Source: a virus (Duplodnaviria; Caudoviricetes). Taken from it: 39,805 bases of DNA. Positions 1 to 8,353 of the stretch are shown here, in pieces (the stretch's first letter is position 1; every line of letters begins with the position of its first letter). The notes under the pieces are model-generated. The model worked only from the letters and a program-made list of their open reading frames with translations, did not search any database and was not told the origin of the DNA. The DNA is taken from positions 1 to 39,805 of IMG/VR virus record IMGVR_UViG_3300030433_001707; one strand, 5' to 3'. A program made the position numbers and the translations under genes.

Positions 1-88
1 CTTCGTCATGCTCGTCCTCATCGCGGGGAACGATCAGAAGCTCGTACTTCACCATGTCTGCCTTGATCTTCGACAGCTCGAAGTCCCA
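1..88. repeat. Terminal direct repeat (left copy), assembly circularisation overlap
   Basis: Bases 1-88 are identical to 39717-39804. The final base 39805 (g) differs from position 89 (a). Confidence 0.97.
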
Positions 89-514
89 ATCCAGCAGATT
101 CCGGCTGTACTTCTTGTTCAGGCCATATTTGGCAAACTGACGCGCCAATGAGATGTGAGACACCTCAAGCACTTGGACGCGCTCAGCATCCCAGTTGTAA
201 ACAGGCCAGCACAGACATTGAGACGGCTTGCGAACAGCAGTCTTGTCATAATTCATCGACTGAACGTAGTCAGAGCCAAGCTCAAGGTCGATGTCTTCCT
301 GGGAAGGTTGCTCAAGGAAGCGGAAAGGCTTCATTGAATCGTTTTCCTTGGCTACGCCCCAAACCAACCAATACTCAAGCGGGTCTTGCTCAAGCAGGCA
401 GAAGTTTGCAGGCTTGCCTTGGTCCAGCTTCGTGTAACGCAGATAATTATCTGCTGAAGAGGAGCCTTCGTTTTCTTTCTCGATAGTGGCGAGAAATCCG
501 GAGGAAAATTTCAC
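1..514 (-). CDS. Single-stranded DNA-binding protein-like, 5' part (continues across the junction into 39716..39625; 201 aa total)
   Basis: Manual translation from GTG at 514: MKFSSGFLATIEKENEGSSSADNYLRYTKLDQGKPANF...CWPVYNWDAERVQVLEV...LLDWDFELSK...GFDLNRIVTGGDPFSEA*. Aromatic beta-rich core with a DPF tail, divergent from the primase. Absent from the ORF track because it spans the ends. Confidence 0.7.
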   Translation of the reverse strand, partial: MKFSSGFLATIEKENEGSSSADNYLRYTKLDQGKPANFCLLEQDPLEYWLVWGVAKENDSMKPFRFLEQPSQEDIDLELGSDYVQSMNYDKTAVRKPSQCLCWPVYNWDAERVQVLEVSHISLARQFAKYGLNKKYSRNLLDWDFELSKIKADMVKYELLIVPRDEDEHDE

Positions 515-560
515 GGTGGGTTGTCGTGTGGGTTGTCGCGTCTCATTTGGACGCCTTGAT

Positions 561-602
561 ACTGTAATCCGGGATTGACTCACGGTCAACCTCCGGTAGG
601 AT
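561..602. promoter_or_regulatory. Back-to-back sigma70-like promoters for SSB (minus) and primase-helicase (plus)
   Basis: Plus: TTGACT (575-580), 16 bp, TAGGAT (597-602). Minus: TTGACC (589-584), 17 bp, TACAGT (566-561). The two -35 boxes form the palindrome TTGAC-N5-GTCAA. Confidence 0.6.
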
Positions 603-673
603 AAAAAAAGACCCGACCCGTCCCGCAGCTAGAGGACGAATCGGGTTGGTTTTACATTCCGTTCCAATCTTAC

Positions 674-2908
674 ATGAGCTTCGATCAGTTCGTCAAGGCG
701 CTTCCAGAAGGCCTCGTTTACGCCCCAATATATGCAAAGGGCACCCGGATGATCTCCGGCAAGCCAGCCACTGGCAAGAACCCTCTAGAGGCCAGCTACG
801 AACAGAAGTTCGGACCTGCCGATGTGGCTCTCGCGGTCAAGCGCAACCCTGACCTCAAAGCTGTTGGTGTCTTCACCGGCATCCGTGGAAATGGCATCGT
901 CATCCTGGATGTTGACCGGAACCTCTCTAAATACCTGAAGGCTTGGGGTTCCTCGCTCGATGGCGCTCCAATAATTACTTCCACCAAGACCAACGCAGCT
1001 AAGTACCTCTTCCGTGTCCCTGAAGAACTGTGGGCCGACGTAAAGGGTCATGGACTCCGTAAGGAAGACGGTGGAGACTACGAAATCCTCTGGGGCCGCC
1101 AAGGTGTTGTCTTTGGTGCTTACCCCGGCGGCAAGGTGTCTAAGCCTGGTCAATATCTTCTCGACGGCAATCTCGCTGACATCCCTACAGCCCCAGACTG
1201 GTTGCTGGCGGAGATGAAACAACCTCCCCGCACCATCAACAAAAAAGATCTGGACTTCACTGATCGCACTCAAGACGAAATCCAACAGATCATCTTTGAA
1301 TGTCTGTCAGTGATTTCGCCCCAAGGGAAAGGCACTCGTGATCACTGGGTGAAAATCGGGATGGCAATCCATTCCGCTCTGCCCACCGAAATGGGCCTTC
1401 ACCTTTGGGCTTCTTGGTCCTGTGAAGATCCTGATTACGCCTCTGAATGGGAAGACTCCAACCCTTGCGAAGAGGTCTGGTATTCCTTCAAAGGCAATGG
1501 TGTTGGCCTTGGCAGCCTCATCTGGTTGGCAGACCGGGAGGACCCAGAGCGGAAACGATTTTCAGAAGACACTAAAAAGATCGTTCAATCTGCGGAAGCC
1601 AAAGTCGTAACTGAAATCCGGCAGGCCACCCTGGATTTTGATGAAGTCATCCGCCGCGCCAAAAAGATCCTTGAACTCGATAACCCTGCTGAGGTCAACT
1701 ACAAGCTCAATACCCTTGCCCTTCAGGCTGGCTACCGCGATCAAACTGCTCTCGAAAAACTGATCGTTGACCAGCTTTCATTTGAAGAGGCCAAGGACAT
1801 CATGAGCATTCAGGAGTTGATGGAGACTGAAACCGAACGCGAATACCTCATCCCTGATGTTCTGCCTCATCCTTCTGTCGTTCTGATCTACGGCGCTGGT
1901 GGTGACGGTAAATCCATGTCCGCCTGGGCTCTCGCTAAGCACATTGCAACTGGCAAGCCTTTTGTCGTCCGCGGAAATCACGTTCCAGTGCAAAAGGGTC
2001 CTGTTGTTCTCCTGAATGGTGACCAGCCCCTGGTTCAACTCAAGGAGCAGCTGCAAGAGGTTGATTTCCCCATCACCCAAGACAGCATGATCCAGACGGA
2101 CTGGCAGCTCCAACGTTACGCCCAGTTCATCAAGCTGATGAAGAAACACAAGCCAAAGCTGGTCGTCATTGACTCGCTGATTGGCTGCTCTGGTGGTCGA
2201 GCCTTTGATGAAAACAAGTCTGACTTCGCCACTCCGCTGTACTGGCTGACCAAGAACAACGGTGTTCTCTTCCCCAAGGCCACCATCCTCATCGTTCACC
2301 ACGCCAACAAAAATGGTGGCTTCAGGGGCACCTCAGCTATCAGAGACGCCGTAGACGAGACTTGGGCGCTCCGTAAGCCCACTGACGAGGAACGTGGCGT
2401 TGTGGGCGCTCACAGCCGCCTCATCACCATCGAGAAGTCACGCTCCGGTCGGATGGGCACTCAGCTCGTCATGCAGATGCAAGACGACCTCAGCTTCACC
2501 ATCTCTGACTTCACCCCTGAAGTGGACGAGACCAACACCTCTCCCGCTTCCGTCACTGATCGTGTCCTCCAGAAGCTTCGCGTCGTCTACCCCGAGTCAC
2601 GCACCAAAGATGATCTGGTCTGCGACAAGCTGATCGACGGCAAGCCAGCTGCGATCCAAAAATCGCTCCAGAGACTCGAAAAGCGAGGCTTGATCGTCTC
2701 AGACGCTCCAAAAGGATCTCAAGCCAAGAACTGGACAGCAGTTCTCGCACGCGGAGAGTTGAAGGAAGTGTCCACCGTTCCAATAAAACCAGTCCTGGAG
2801 CGGGATCTGCCCCTGGACACCACCCCTGGACAATCAAGAGGTGTCCAGGGTCTGTTTGATGGGGCGGTTGAGATTGAGCTGTCCAACGAAGAGGCTGGAC
2901 ACATCTAA
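674..2908 (+). CDS. Primase-helicase: N-terminal PrimPol domain, PriCT-2, RecA-type (AAA_25) helicase, C-terminal HTH
   Basis: IVILDVD primase motif; RDHWVKIGMAIH (PriCT-2); Walker A GAGGDGKS; Walker B LVVIDS; ILIVHHANK and RGTSAI..AVD motifs; wHTH-like AAIQKSLQRLEKRGLI. Confidence 0.9.
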   Translation: MSFDQFVKALPEGLVYAPIYAKGTRMISGKPATGKNPLEASYEQKFGPADVALAVKRNPDLKAVGVFTGIRGNGIVILDVDRNLSKYLKAWGSSLDGAPIITSTKTNAAKYLFRVPEELWADVKGHGLRKEDGGDYEILWGRQGVVFGAYPGGKVSKPGQYLLDGNLADIPTAPDWLLAEMKQPPRTINKKDLDFTDRTQDEIQQIIFECLSVISPQGKGTRDHWVKIGMAIHSALPTEMGLHLWASWSCEDPDYASEWEDSNPCEEVWYSFKGNGVGLGSLIWLADREDPERKRFSEDTKKIVQSAEAKVVTEIRQATLDFDEVIRRAKKILELDNPAEVNYKLNTLALQAGYRDQTALEKLIVDQLSFEEAKDIMSIQELMETETEREYLIPDVLPHPSVVLIYGAGGDGKSMSAWALAKHIATGKPFVVRGNHVPVQKGPVVLLNGDQPLVQLKEQLQEVDFPITQDSMIQTDWQLQRYAQFIKLMKKHKPKLVVIDSLIGCSGGRAFDENKSDFATPLYWLTKNNGVLFPKATILIVHHANKNGGFRGTSAIRDAVDETWALRKPTDEERGVVGAHSRLITIEKSRSGRMGTQLVMQMQDDLSFTISDFTPEVDETNTSPASVTDRVLQKLRVVYPESRTKDDLVCDKLIDGKPAAIQKSLQRLEKRGLIVSDAPKGSQAKNWTAVLARGELKEVSTVPIKPVLERDLPLDTTPGQSRGVQGLFDGAVEIELSNEEAGHI

Positions 2909-2983
2909 CCTGTCCACCCCCCGTGTCCAGGGTCAAATCCATTGCTATCACTACGTTTTGGAGCGCCCTGGACACCCTGGACA
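2732..2983. repeat. Iteron-like cluster (11 x TGGACA/TGTCCA), putative replication origin
   Basis: Hexamer at 2732, 2769, 2814, 2827, 2842, 2880, 2896, 2911, 2924, 2969 and 2978, in both orientations. Six copies extend to CCCTGGACA or its complement. Confidence 0.75.
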
Positions 2984-3001
2984 TCTATACGCGCGCGAGA
3001 G

Positions 3002-3145
3002 ATGAACTGGACCAAGATTTTGGAGCGGTCAGGCGTCCCAGAACCACCCGGCTATCACGAGACCATCGCTCGCATCCAAGCCAAGCCAGCCAAACCGCGT
3101 GTCAAACCGTCTCGAAAGAGTAAAAAACGCCCCAAGCGTAAGTAA
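3002..3145 (+). CDS. Small basic hypothetical protein (47 aa)
   Basis: ATG 3002: MNWTKILERSGVPEPPGY...KSKKRPKRK. In the operon after the primase. Confidence 0.65.
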   Translation: MNWTKILERSGVPEPPGYHETIARIQAKPAKPRVKPSRKSKKRPKRK

Positions 3146-3154
3146 CATCCACGC

Positions 3155-3418
3155 ATGAAAAAAGTTGAAACCCTCCTTCCAGAAGAGCTGATCGAAAGCC
3201 TTTCTGCTGAAGCCAAACAAAAAGGCATTCACAGGTCAGAATTGATCCGCGAACGCCTCTCCCAACCGCCCAATCACTTCGGACTGACCACCAGTGATTT
3301 TCATAAAGCTGTTACGAAGGTTCGTCGTCGCTCCAGCTATGGTCTGGATAGGCAACAGGCTGAAAGCCTTGTCGCCACAGTCTTCAACGCACTCTTCACC
3401 TCCGAAAATGGGGACTAG
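3155..3418 (+). CDS. Ribbon-helix-helix (CopG-like) DNA-binding protein
   Basis: MKKVETLLPEELIESLSAEAKQKGIHRSELIRERL fits the RHH beta-helix-helix pattern. Confidence 0.7.
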   Translation: MKKVETLLPEELIESLSAEAKQKGIHRSELIRERLSQPPNHFGLTTSDFHKAVTKVRRRSSYGLDRQQAESLVATVFNALFTSENGD

Positions 3419-3665
3419 ATCGGTACATCTTCATTACTGCCAAATTGCTGACGAGCATTGTCCGTTGGCAATAACTCGCTTCACATCATTTGACCTGGAC
3501 AACAAGCCCTTAAGCGTTGAACAAGTCACCTATGAATCCAACATGGATTACATGGAGCGACAAGTTATCAGCGCATTACGTTGCGATGTAGAGGTCAGTA
3601 TCCTCACCTCAACGCCAATCCACGAGTTCAAAAGGCTGCATCACATCTTCAACTGTGACAAATGA
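3408..3665 (+). CDS. Hypothetical protein (85 aa)
   Basis: ATG 3408 overlaps the upstream gene end, which fits operon packing better than the track start at 3294. Confidence 0.65.
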   Translation: MGTRSVHLHYCQIADEHCPLAITRFTSFDLDNKPLSVEQVTYESNMDYMERQVISALRCDVEVSILTSTPIHEFKRLHHIFNCDK

Positions 3666-3758
3666 ACGTACAAATCTTTCGGCACAATGTTGAATGGATT
3701 GTGCTAACCGAGTCTTACGCGCTAACGTTCCACAAAACGCTTTCTGGAGCGATGAGAC

Positions 3759-3968
3759 ATGCCGCAACCGAAATCGGGGCGTCAGATCATCATGGAGCGT
3801 CTCAACAAAGCAATCCAACTAGCAACAACAGCTGATCTCCAAAGGGCTGCAATGTTCCTAGAAGGAGCCAGAGAAGTCAGAAAAGGCTCTCGTCGTCAAC
3901 GCACCAACGCACGTTCCGCTCAGGCAAATGCCTGGAAGAAAAAAGTTGACGACTCGATAACATGGTAA
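3759..3968 (+). CDS. Hypothetical basic protein
   Basis: 69 aa ORF with ATG start in the plus-strand operon; Arg/Lys-rich. Confidence 0.7.
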   Translation: MPQPKSGRQIIMERLNKAIQLATTADLQRAAMFLEGAREVRKGSRRQRTNARSAQANAWKKKVDDSITW

Positions 3969-3992
3969 CATTCGTATAGTATTTTAGAGCCG

Positions 3993-4283
3993 ATGGCTAC
4001 AAAGCACGGCAACCGGGTTTATATCCAAGTACTGCTTGAGCCCTTTCGTGGTGAACTCTTCATGCAAGAGGCCAATGCTCAAGGCATCAAACCATCAGCT
4101 CTAATCCGCCAGCTGGTCTACGACTATCTCGCTGAAAACACGAAAGAAGAAATCTATTGCGAAGCTCTAGTCAACGATAAGCAAAAATGGCAAGACGCCG
4201 TAGACGCCAGGCTTGAAGGCAGGGCAAGGAACCGCCGCTCCAAAACCATTCAGTCAGACCAAGACATCGACTCGTCAAACTGA
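3993..4283 (+). CDS. Probable RHH-type DNA-binding protein
   Basis: RVYIQVLLEP...EANAQGIKPSALIRQLVYDYL resembles an RHH fold. Confidence 0.6.
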   Translation: MATKHGNRVYIQVLLEPFRGELFMQEANAQGIKPSALIRQLVYDYLAENTKEEIYCEALVNDKQKWQDAVDARLEGRARNRRSKTIQSDQDIDSSN

Positions 4284-4465
4284 CCAATGTGACCCACTGC
4301 TTGCTTCAACAGCTTGGCTTGATGCCAGTTGGTCCGCACCAACGACACGCATAACTGCTTCAAGGCATCTTCGTCACCGCAGTTTTTAACGTCCCGAACG
4401 GTCCGCTCCAACTCCAACTCCTCTTCAAGGCTTTGGTTGACGACCATCCAGTCAGCCCAGCCCAT
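4250..4465 (-). CDS. Two-helix small protein, NblA-like candidate (71 aa)
   Basis: ATG 4465: MGWADWMVVNQSLEEELELERTVRDV-loop-DALKQLCVSLVRTNWHQAKLLKQAV. Resembles the NblA SLEQxF helix-loop-helix pattern. Confidence 0.5.
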   Translation of the reverse strand: MGWADWMVVNQSLEEELELERTVRDVKNCGDEDALKQLCVSLVRTNWHQAKLLKQAVGHIGQFDESMSWSD

Positions 4466-4487
4466 AGCCCTGAAGATTCTTATCAAT

Positions 4488-5006
4488 TCATGCCACGGAC
4501 GGCATCACTGTCAAGTGGTTGTTGTAATGACCCGTTTCCCGGTAGCTGCGCATTGGAGCGTTGGACATCGCGTGAAACACCATCTGACCGATCTTTAAGC
4601 CAGGCCAAAGCGGCAAAGCATGATGCAGCCGTTCATTCTTCAACTCAAGCGTCAGCTTGCTTCCGTGCCAGCCTGGATCGCACCAGCCAGCAAGCAGGTG
4701 ATTAAGACCAGATCGTGCGCGGCTTGACTTGAGAACAAATTGGCAGCTGATGTCGTCGGGCAAGTTAAACAGCTCAAGTGTCTCAGCCAAGCAAAACTCG
4801 CCGGACTGAAGCATGAACGGGTCATCCTCTGTCTTGTCAGCGATGTTGATACGCACTAGCTCAGGGCTATAAATGCTCTCCACCATCAAATAGTCACCTA
4901 GCCGCAAGTCCAAGCTGGCTGGATTCAACAGCGATTCATCGAATGGGACGACCATCTGGCCCTTCTCGCAACGAGCCCTGATCTCCCAATCACACAGAAC
5001 TGCCAT
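4488..5006 (-). CDS. dcd: dCTP deaminase (trimeric dUTPase family)
   Basis: LNPASLDLRLG, KSSRARSGL, AGWCDPGWHGSKLTLELKN and GLKIGQMVF motifs. Confidence 0.92.
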   Translation of the reverse strand: MAVLCDWEIRARCEKGQMVVPFDESLLNPASLDLRLGDYLMVESIYSPELVRINIADKTEDDPFMLQSGEFCLAETLELFNLPDDISCQFVLKSSRARSGLNHLLAGWCDPGWHGSKLTLELKNERLHHALPLWPGLKIGQMVFHAMSNAPMRSYRETGHYNNHLTVMPSVA

Positions 5007-5028
5007 CCCTGGGACGTAAAACGCAATC

Positions 5029-5226
5029 CTACTTAGCTTGTTTCAAAATGCTTTTCTCGTTGTGATACGCCCCTTTCTGATACATCTCAGTCACATCTCG
5101 CACCCAGGGCACAAGCCAGTCATTGACCCGTGAGCACTGATCCCAGTTCACAGGCTTGGCACACTGCACAACAACAGTGGTCCAGAAAGCACTGATATAC
5201 GCCCACACCCAGTAGAAGCTACTCAT
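5029..5226 (-). CDS. Small membrane-anchored hypothetical protein
   Basis: Hydrophobic aromatic N-terminus followed by a Cys pair (QCAKPVNWDQC); start overlaps the endolysin 3' end. Confidence 0.65.
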   Translation of the reverse strand: MSSFYWVWAYISAFWTTVVVQCAKPVNWDQCSRVNDWLVPWVRDVTEMYQKGAYHNEKSILKQAK

Positions 5227-5962
5227 TAACGAGAATCACCCAACCAGTCCCAGGGCCTTCAGATTGCCAGCGCTGATAGAACGCAGCTTGCCTCACACGG
5301 ACATTACGTCCCAGATGCGGATTGCTATGGCCGCCCTTCTCCATTTCGGGATAACCCCTTGGATCTTGCATGATCCACTCTGGGTCGTTGCTGTTCTTGC
5401 CTGCGTAACCGCTGATAACGCTCCAATGACCGCAACCCATCCCATTACACATTGGTGGCTCGCCCAGAAGCATGTTTCCTGCGTGCAACCAGCCAACCAG
5501 CACTGGCCTGCCAGCTTCAATCTCTAGCTCCACCATGTCAGCGTCACCGTCCTTGCGGAACTCAGCTTCCAGACCCAAGCTCCTTAACGCTGCCAGCTGA
5601 GCATCTACTGAAGTGGTGTCCCCGAACTTGGCGCGGATCTTGTTGTATTCATCATCCGTCCGAACTTTCTTGTAAAACGCTGCCACCATCGCAGCTGCTG
5701 AGCTGAAACACTCTCGGTATCCCGTTCCAGTCTTATTGTCGAGCTGCTTGAAGTAAGGCATGAAGACCTGCTGGTCATAGCCGCTTTCCTTCCAAGCCTG
5801 AAACCAGTCGGCTTCCTCCGCCAGTAACTCCTCTGGCACTGACTCCTCAAGCTCCTTAATTGCAGCCAGCTGATGGGGCGTACCACGGAAAAACTCGAAG
5901 AATGGCAGAAGAGAAAGGCCCACGCCAAGCAACAGCAAGGTCAACTGGATGATGCCCGACAA
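5219..5962 (-). CDS. Endolysin candidate, peptidase C39-like (papain fold)
   Basis: PYFKQLDN...RECFSSAAAM (catalytic Cys), GHWSVISGY (His), QDPRG (Asp). Next to holin-like genes. Start uncertain (TTG 5962 or a later GTG). Confidence 0.75.
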   Translation of the reverse strand: MSGIIQLTLLLLGVGLSLLPFFEFFRGTPHQLAAIKELEESVPEELLAEEADWFQAWKESGYDQQVFMPYFKQLDNKTGTGYRECFSSAAAMVAAFYKKVRTDDEYNKIRAKFGDTTSVDAQLAALRSLGLEAEFRKDGDADMVELEIEAGRPVLVGWLHAGNMLLGEPPMCNGMGCGHWSVISGYAGKNSNDPEWIMQDPRGYPEMEKGGHSNPHLGRNVRVRQAAFYQRWQSEGPGTGWVILVNE

Positions 5963-5965
5963 ACC

Positions 5966-6139
5966 CTACTTTTCAACTCTTGTGTCAGGCAAAAGCAGCT
6001 CCCGCACATGCTTTACAGCCAAATCGTCCAAGTCGTTGTCTGTCCTGGAAACAATTTTCTCCAGCATCGCCACAATCAATTCTTTGAACGCCCTTGATTT
6101 CCACATGGTCATCAAGATCGGCTTGAGAATCAAAAGCAT
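5966..6139 (-). CDS. Holin-like small protein (57 aa)
   Basis: Not in the track. MLLILKPILMTMWKSRAFKELIVAMLEKIVSRTDNDLDDLAVKHVRELL; the TDNxxDD motif is one I recall from cyanophage lysis-region proteins. Directly upstream of the lysin. Confidence 0.6.
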   Translation of the reverse strand: MLLILKPILMTMWKSRAFKELIVAMLEKIVSRTDNDLDDLAVKHVRELLLPDTRVEK

Positions 6140-6166
6140 GGGACTACCTTGAATAGCACTAATACG

Positions 6167-6418
6167 TTAGTGCCTATCACTGTGTCCTTCCAGTCGTGCC
6201 ACTGCACGCTCCAATTCACTCAATCTGCCAAAGACCTCAACATCTTTGCTCCTGATGTCTTGGTGCAAAATGTCGAGCCTGCTGGACAAATTATCAACAG
6301 CAGTCGTCAGTCGAATCAACGAATCCTGCCCATGGCGTGTCTGGCGATTGATGCCTGAAACGCCTAAACCAGCAACTGTGATTGACGCGCCAGCAACGGC
6401 GGCCCAGACTTCAACCAT
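6167..6418 (-). CDS. N-terminal TM plus coiled-coil protein (holin/XhlA-like)
   Basis: ATG 6418: MVEVWAAVAGASITVAGLGV, then heptads ending RLSELERAVARLEG. Confidence 0.65.
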   Translation of the reverse strand: MVEVWAAVAGASITVAGLGVSGINRQTRHGQDSLIRLTTAVDNLSSRLDILHQDIRSKDVEVFGRLSELERAVARLEGHSDRH

Positions 6419-6442
6419 GACCTGACCGCAACTCGTCTCATC

Positions 6443-6712
6443 ATGGCAGAGCCCAAGGAAACGCAAAGCCAAGAACAAGAGGATGGGAACTCTCGTCTAG
6501 GCGATGTCGTCAAGATCGTTCTGCTCGGCTGGGCTATGGCGATCCTCACTGCCAACTACCTTGGCGTTTTCAAGCAATCACTTGATCCGACTTACCCAGC
6601 CTCGATCCTTTCTGGAACGGCGGCATCGTTCGGTTTGGCGGTTGGCAACAATAGGAAGAAAAAAGAGGACACTACAATTAAGGAACAACCCTCCACCTCC
6701 AAACCAAAATGA
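6443..6712 (+). CDS. Two-TM inner-membrane protein
   Basis: VVKIVLLGWAMAILTANYL and DPTYPASILSGTAASFGLAV hydrophobic segments with a basic C-tail. Confidence 0.75.
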   Translation: MAEPKETQSQEQEDGNSRLGDVVKIVLLGWAMAILTANYLGVFKQSLDPTYPASILSGTAASFGLAVGNNRKKKEDTTIKEQPSTSKPK

Positions 6713-7203
6713 AACGCTCGCTTTTGGTATTGGGAATCACACTGTTAGCCGCTCCAGCTCAGGCTGACATTACGCATAAAATTCAATCCAGCGTTTCCCT
6801 GTCTGTCGATGGAGCCGGATCAGTCGCAACGCGCATCCCGTCTTCAATGGCAGTATCTGGCAATAACGTCACTCTGGACACTACTCCTGCTCTGGGGTCA
6901 TTCACTTCCGGGACTGCTCTTGGGTACACTCCTGGCGCTTTCAGCATTACTACTGCTGGTGACGCATTTTCGTATTCAGAGTCATATCAAGAGGGAGATG
7001 ACGTCCCAACAGTCCTCTCAACCACAGTCACCTCAGGAGTAGTTCCTGCATTGCCGATCTTTGGCAACACAACCACAACTTCTGGTGGAGTTGCTGGCAG
7101 CCTTGCAGGCACAGTCGCAACCGATGGTGCTCTGACGATTACAGCTGGCGGTGCTGGTACTCAAGCTGTCGGACAAGTCATCCAAGAGCTGACAATCAAG
7201 TGA
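6709..7203 (+). CDS. Secreted beta-rich protein (Sec signal peptide)
   Basis: MKRSLLVLGITLLAAPAQA-D signal with AxA cleavage; mature part is T/S/G/V-rich; ATGA overlap with the upstream gene. Confidence 0.8.
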   Translation: MKRSLLVLGITLLAAPAQADITHKIQSSVSLSVDGAGSVATRIPSSMAVSGNNVTLDTTPALGSFTSGTALGYTPGAFSITTAGDAFSYSESYQEGDDVPTVLSTTVTSGVVPALPIFGNTTTTSGGVAGSLAGTVATDGALTITAGGAGTQAVGQVIQELTIK

Positions 7204-7649
7204 TGTGGACTGGAATTTGGGTTGCATACGGCGCTCTTTGCGCCATTGCTCTTGCCGCTCCAGAAGCTAAGGCCATCCCTGTTGTCCCAAACTTTCAACA
7301 GGGCACCCTTCGCTCCACAACAAAAACCAAAACCAAGGTCAATGAGGTCATCAACTCTTACGAGTATCGGACTGGTTACGAATACGCTGCTTCTGGCACG
7401 AATGTATCGACCAACGGTCCTATCGCTCCAATGAGCCTGACCACAACCACTAATTCGCTCAATGGTGTCACTAGCGTTTGGCGCGGTCTTGATCCAGCTC
7501 AAAAGCCTGCCTGGAATATCGTCAATGAAGGCGCTAGCTTCCAGTTCGTTGAAACTCTGTCAGGCCCAGGTTTGGTGAATCACACCGTCATCAAACGGGA
7601 CACCGACATTGAATCACTGACCGAAACGCTGAGCACCTTCACTCAATGA
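7200..7649 (+). CDS. Secreted protein (signal peptide, VPNF motif)
   Basis: Hydrophobic N-terminus ending AKA-IPVVPNFQQG; alternating Thr strands at both termini; coupled overlaps with both neighbours. Confidence 0.8.
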   Translation: MMWTGIWVAYGALCAIALAAPEAKAIPVVPNFQQGTLRSTTKTKTKVNEVINSYEYRTGYEYAASGTNVSTNGPIAPMSLTTTTNSLNGVTSVWRGLDPAQKPAWNIVNEGASFQFVETLSGPGLVNHTVIKRDTDIESLTETLSTFTQ

Positions 7650-8353
7650 AGCGAGTCATAGCAACGCTTTTGCTGCTTTCCGCTCCAGCACAAGCACAGG
7701 TTTCAAGCACCGCCGCTCCAGTGGCAAACAGCTCTGGAAGTGTGACGAATCAGGCTGTGCAAGTGGTGCCAAGCAGGCAATTTACCAATACATACGGTGG
7801 AGGAATCAGCTGCCAAGGAACAACGCTAAACATCAACCCGTTCATAAGCTCTACAACCAGCTGGGCTGATCCGTATGAAGCAAGTTACAACGAGCCGGTT
7901 TATGACACGCTCGATATTGTTGGCGCGTTTGATTCGGAAGGCAATCCCATCCCAGATGGCAGGCCCGATAATCCGGGCAATGTCCTTTTCTATAAACCTA
8001 TTCGTACAGGCCAAAAGACCAACTTCTCCATTAACGGCGGAATCACTGCCACAATCTCGGTGCCGCTAGACCGCAGTCACATCCGTTCGTGCCAGAAAGC
8101 AGCTGAAAAACAAGTTGCCCTGCTCGATGCAGCTTTGGCAGACAAGCGCCTTAACTACGAGCTTGCCAGGCTTAAAAACTGCGCGGAATTGATGCAGAAG
8201 GGCATCATGTTCCACCCAGAATCGCCTTACGCCAAAATCTGCGCTGATGTCACCCTGACCAATCCGCCTGGCGTCATCCCGCCCCACATCCATTCCATCA
8301 CTTCCGCAAAGACCGCTGAAACTTCCGGCGCTGCCAAACAGACTCAACCTTAG
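7646..8353 (+). CDS. Secreted protein with beta-hairpin and long helix, four Cys
   Basis: MKRVIATLLLLSAPAQA-Q signal; GGGISCQG; GITATISVPLD followed by a long helix; ATGA overlap. Confidence 0.8.
   Translation: MKRVIATLLLLSAPAQAQVSSTAAPVANSSGSVTNQAVQVVPSRQFTNTYGGGISCQGTTLNINPFISSTTSWADPYEASYNEPVYDTLDIVGAFDSEGNPIPDGRPDNPGNVLFYKPIRTGQKTNFSINGGITATISVPLDRSHIRSCQKAAEKQVALLDAALADKRLNYELARLKNCAELMQKGIMFHPESPYAKICADVTLTNPPGVIPPHIHSITSAKTAETSGAAKQTQP

Noticed and set aside
148-2633. Alternative-frame and antisense ORFs over the SSB and primase genes, and similar ones genome-wide
   Set aside because: Overlap well-supported genes and show no motifs or coupling signals.
2732-2983. CRISPR array or att site
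   Set aside because: Repeats are 6-10 bp, irregularly spaced and in both orientations; no cas or integrase genes.
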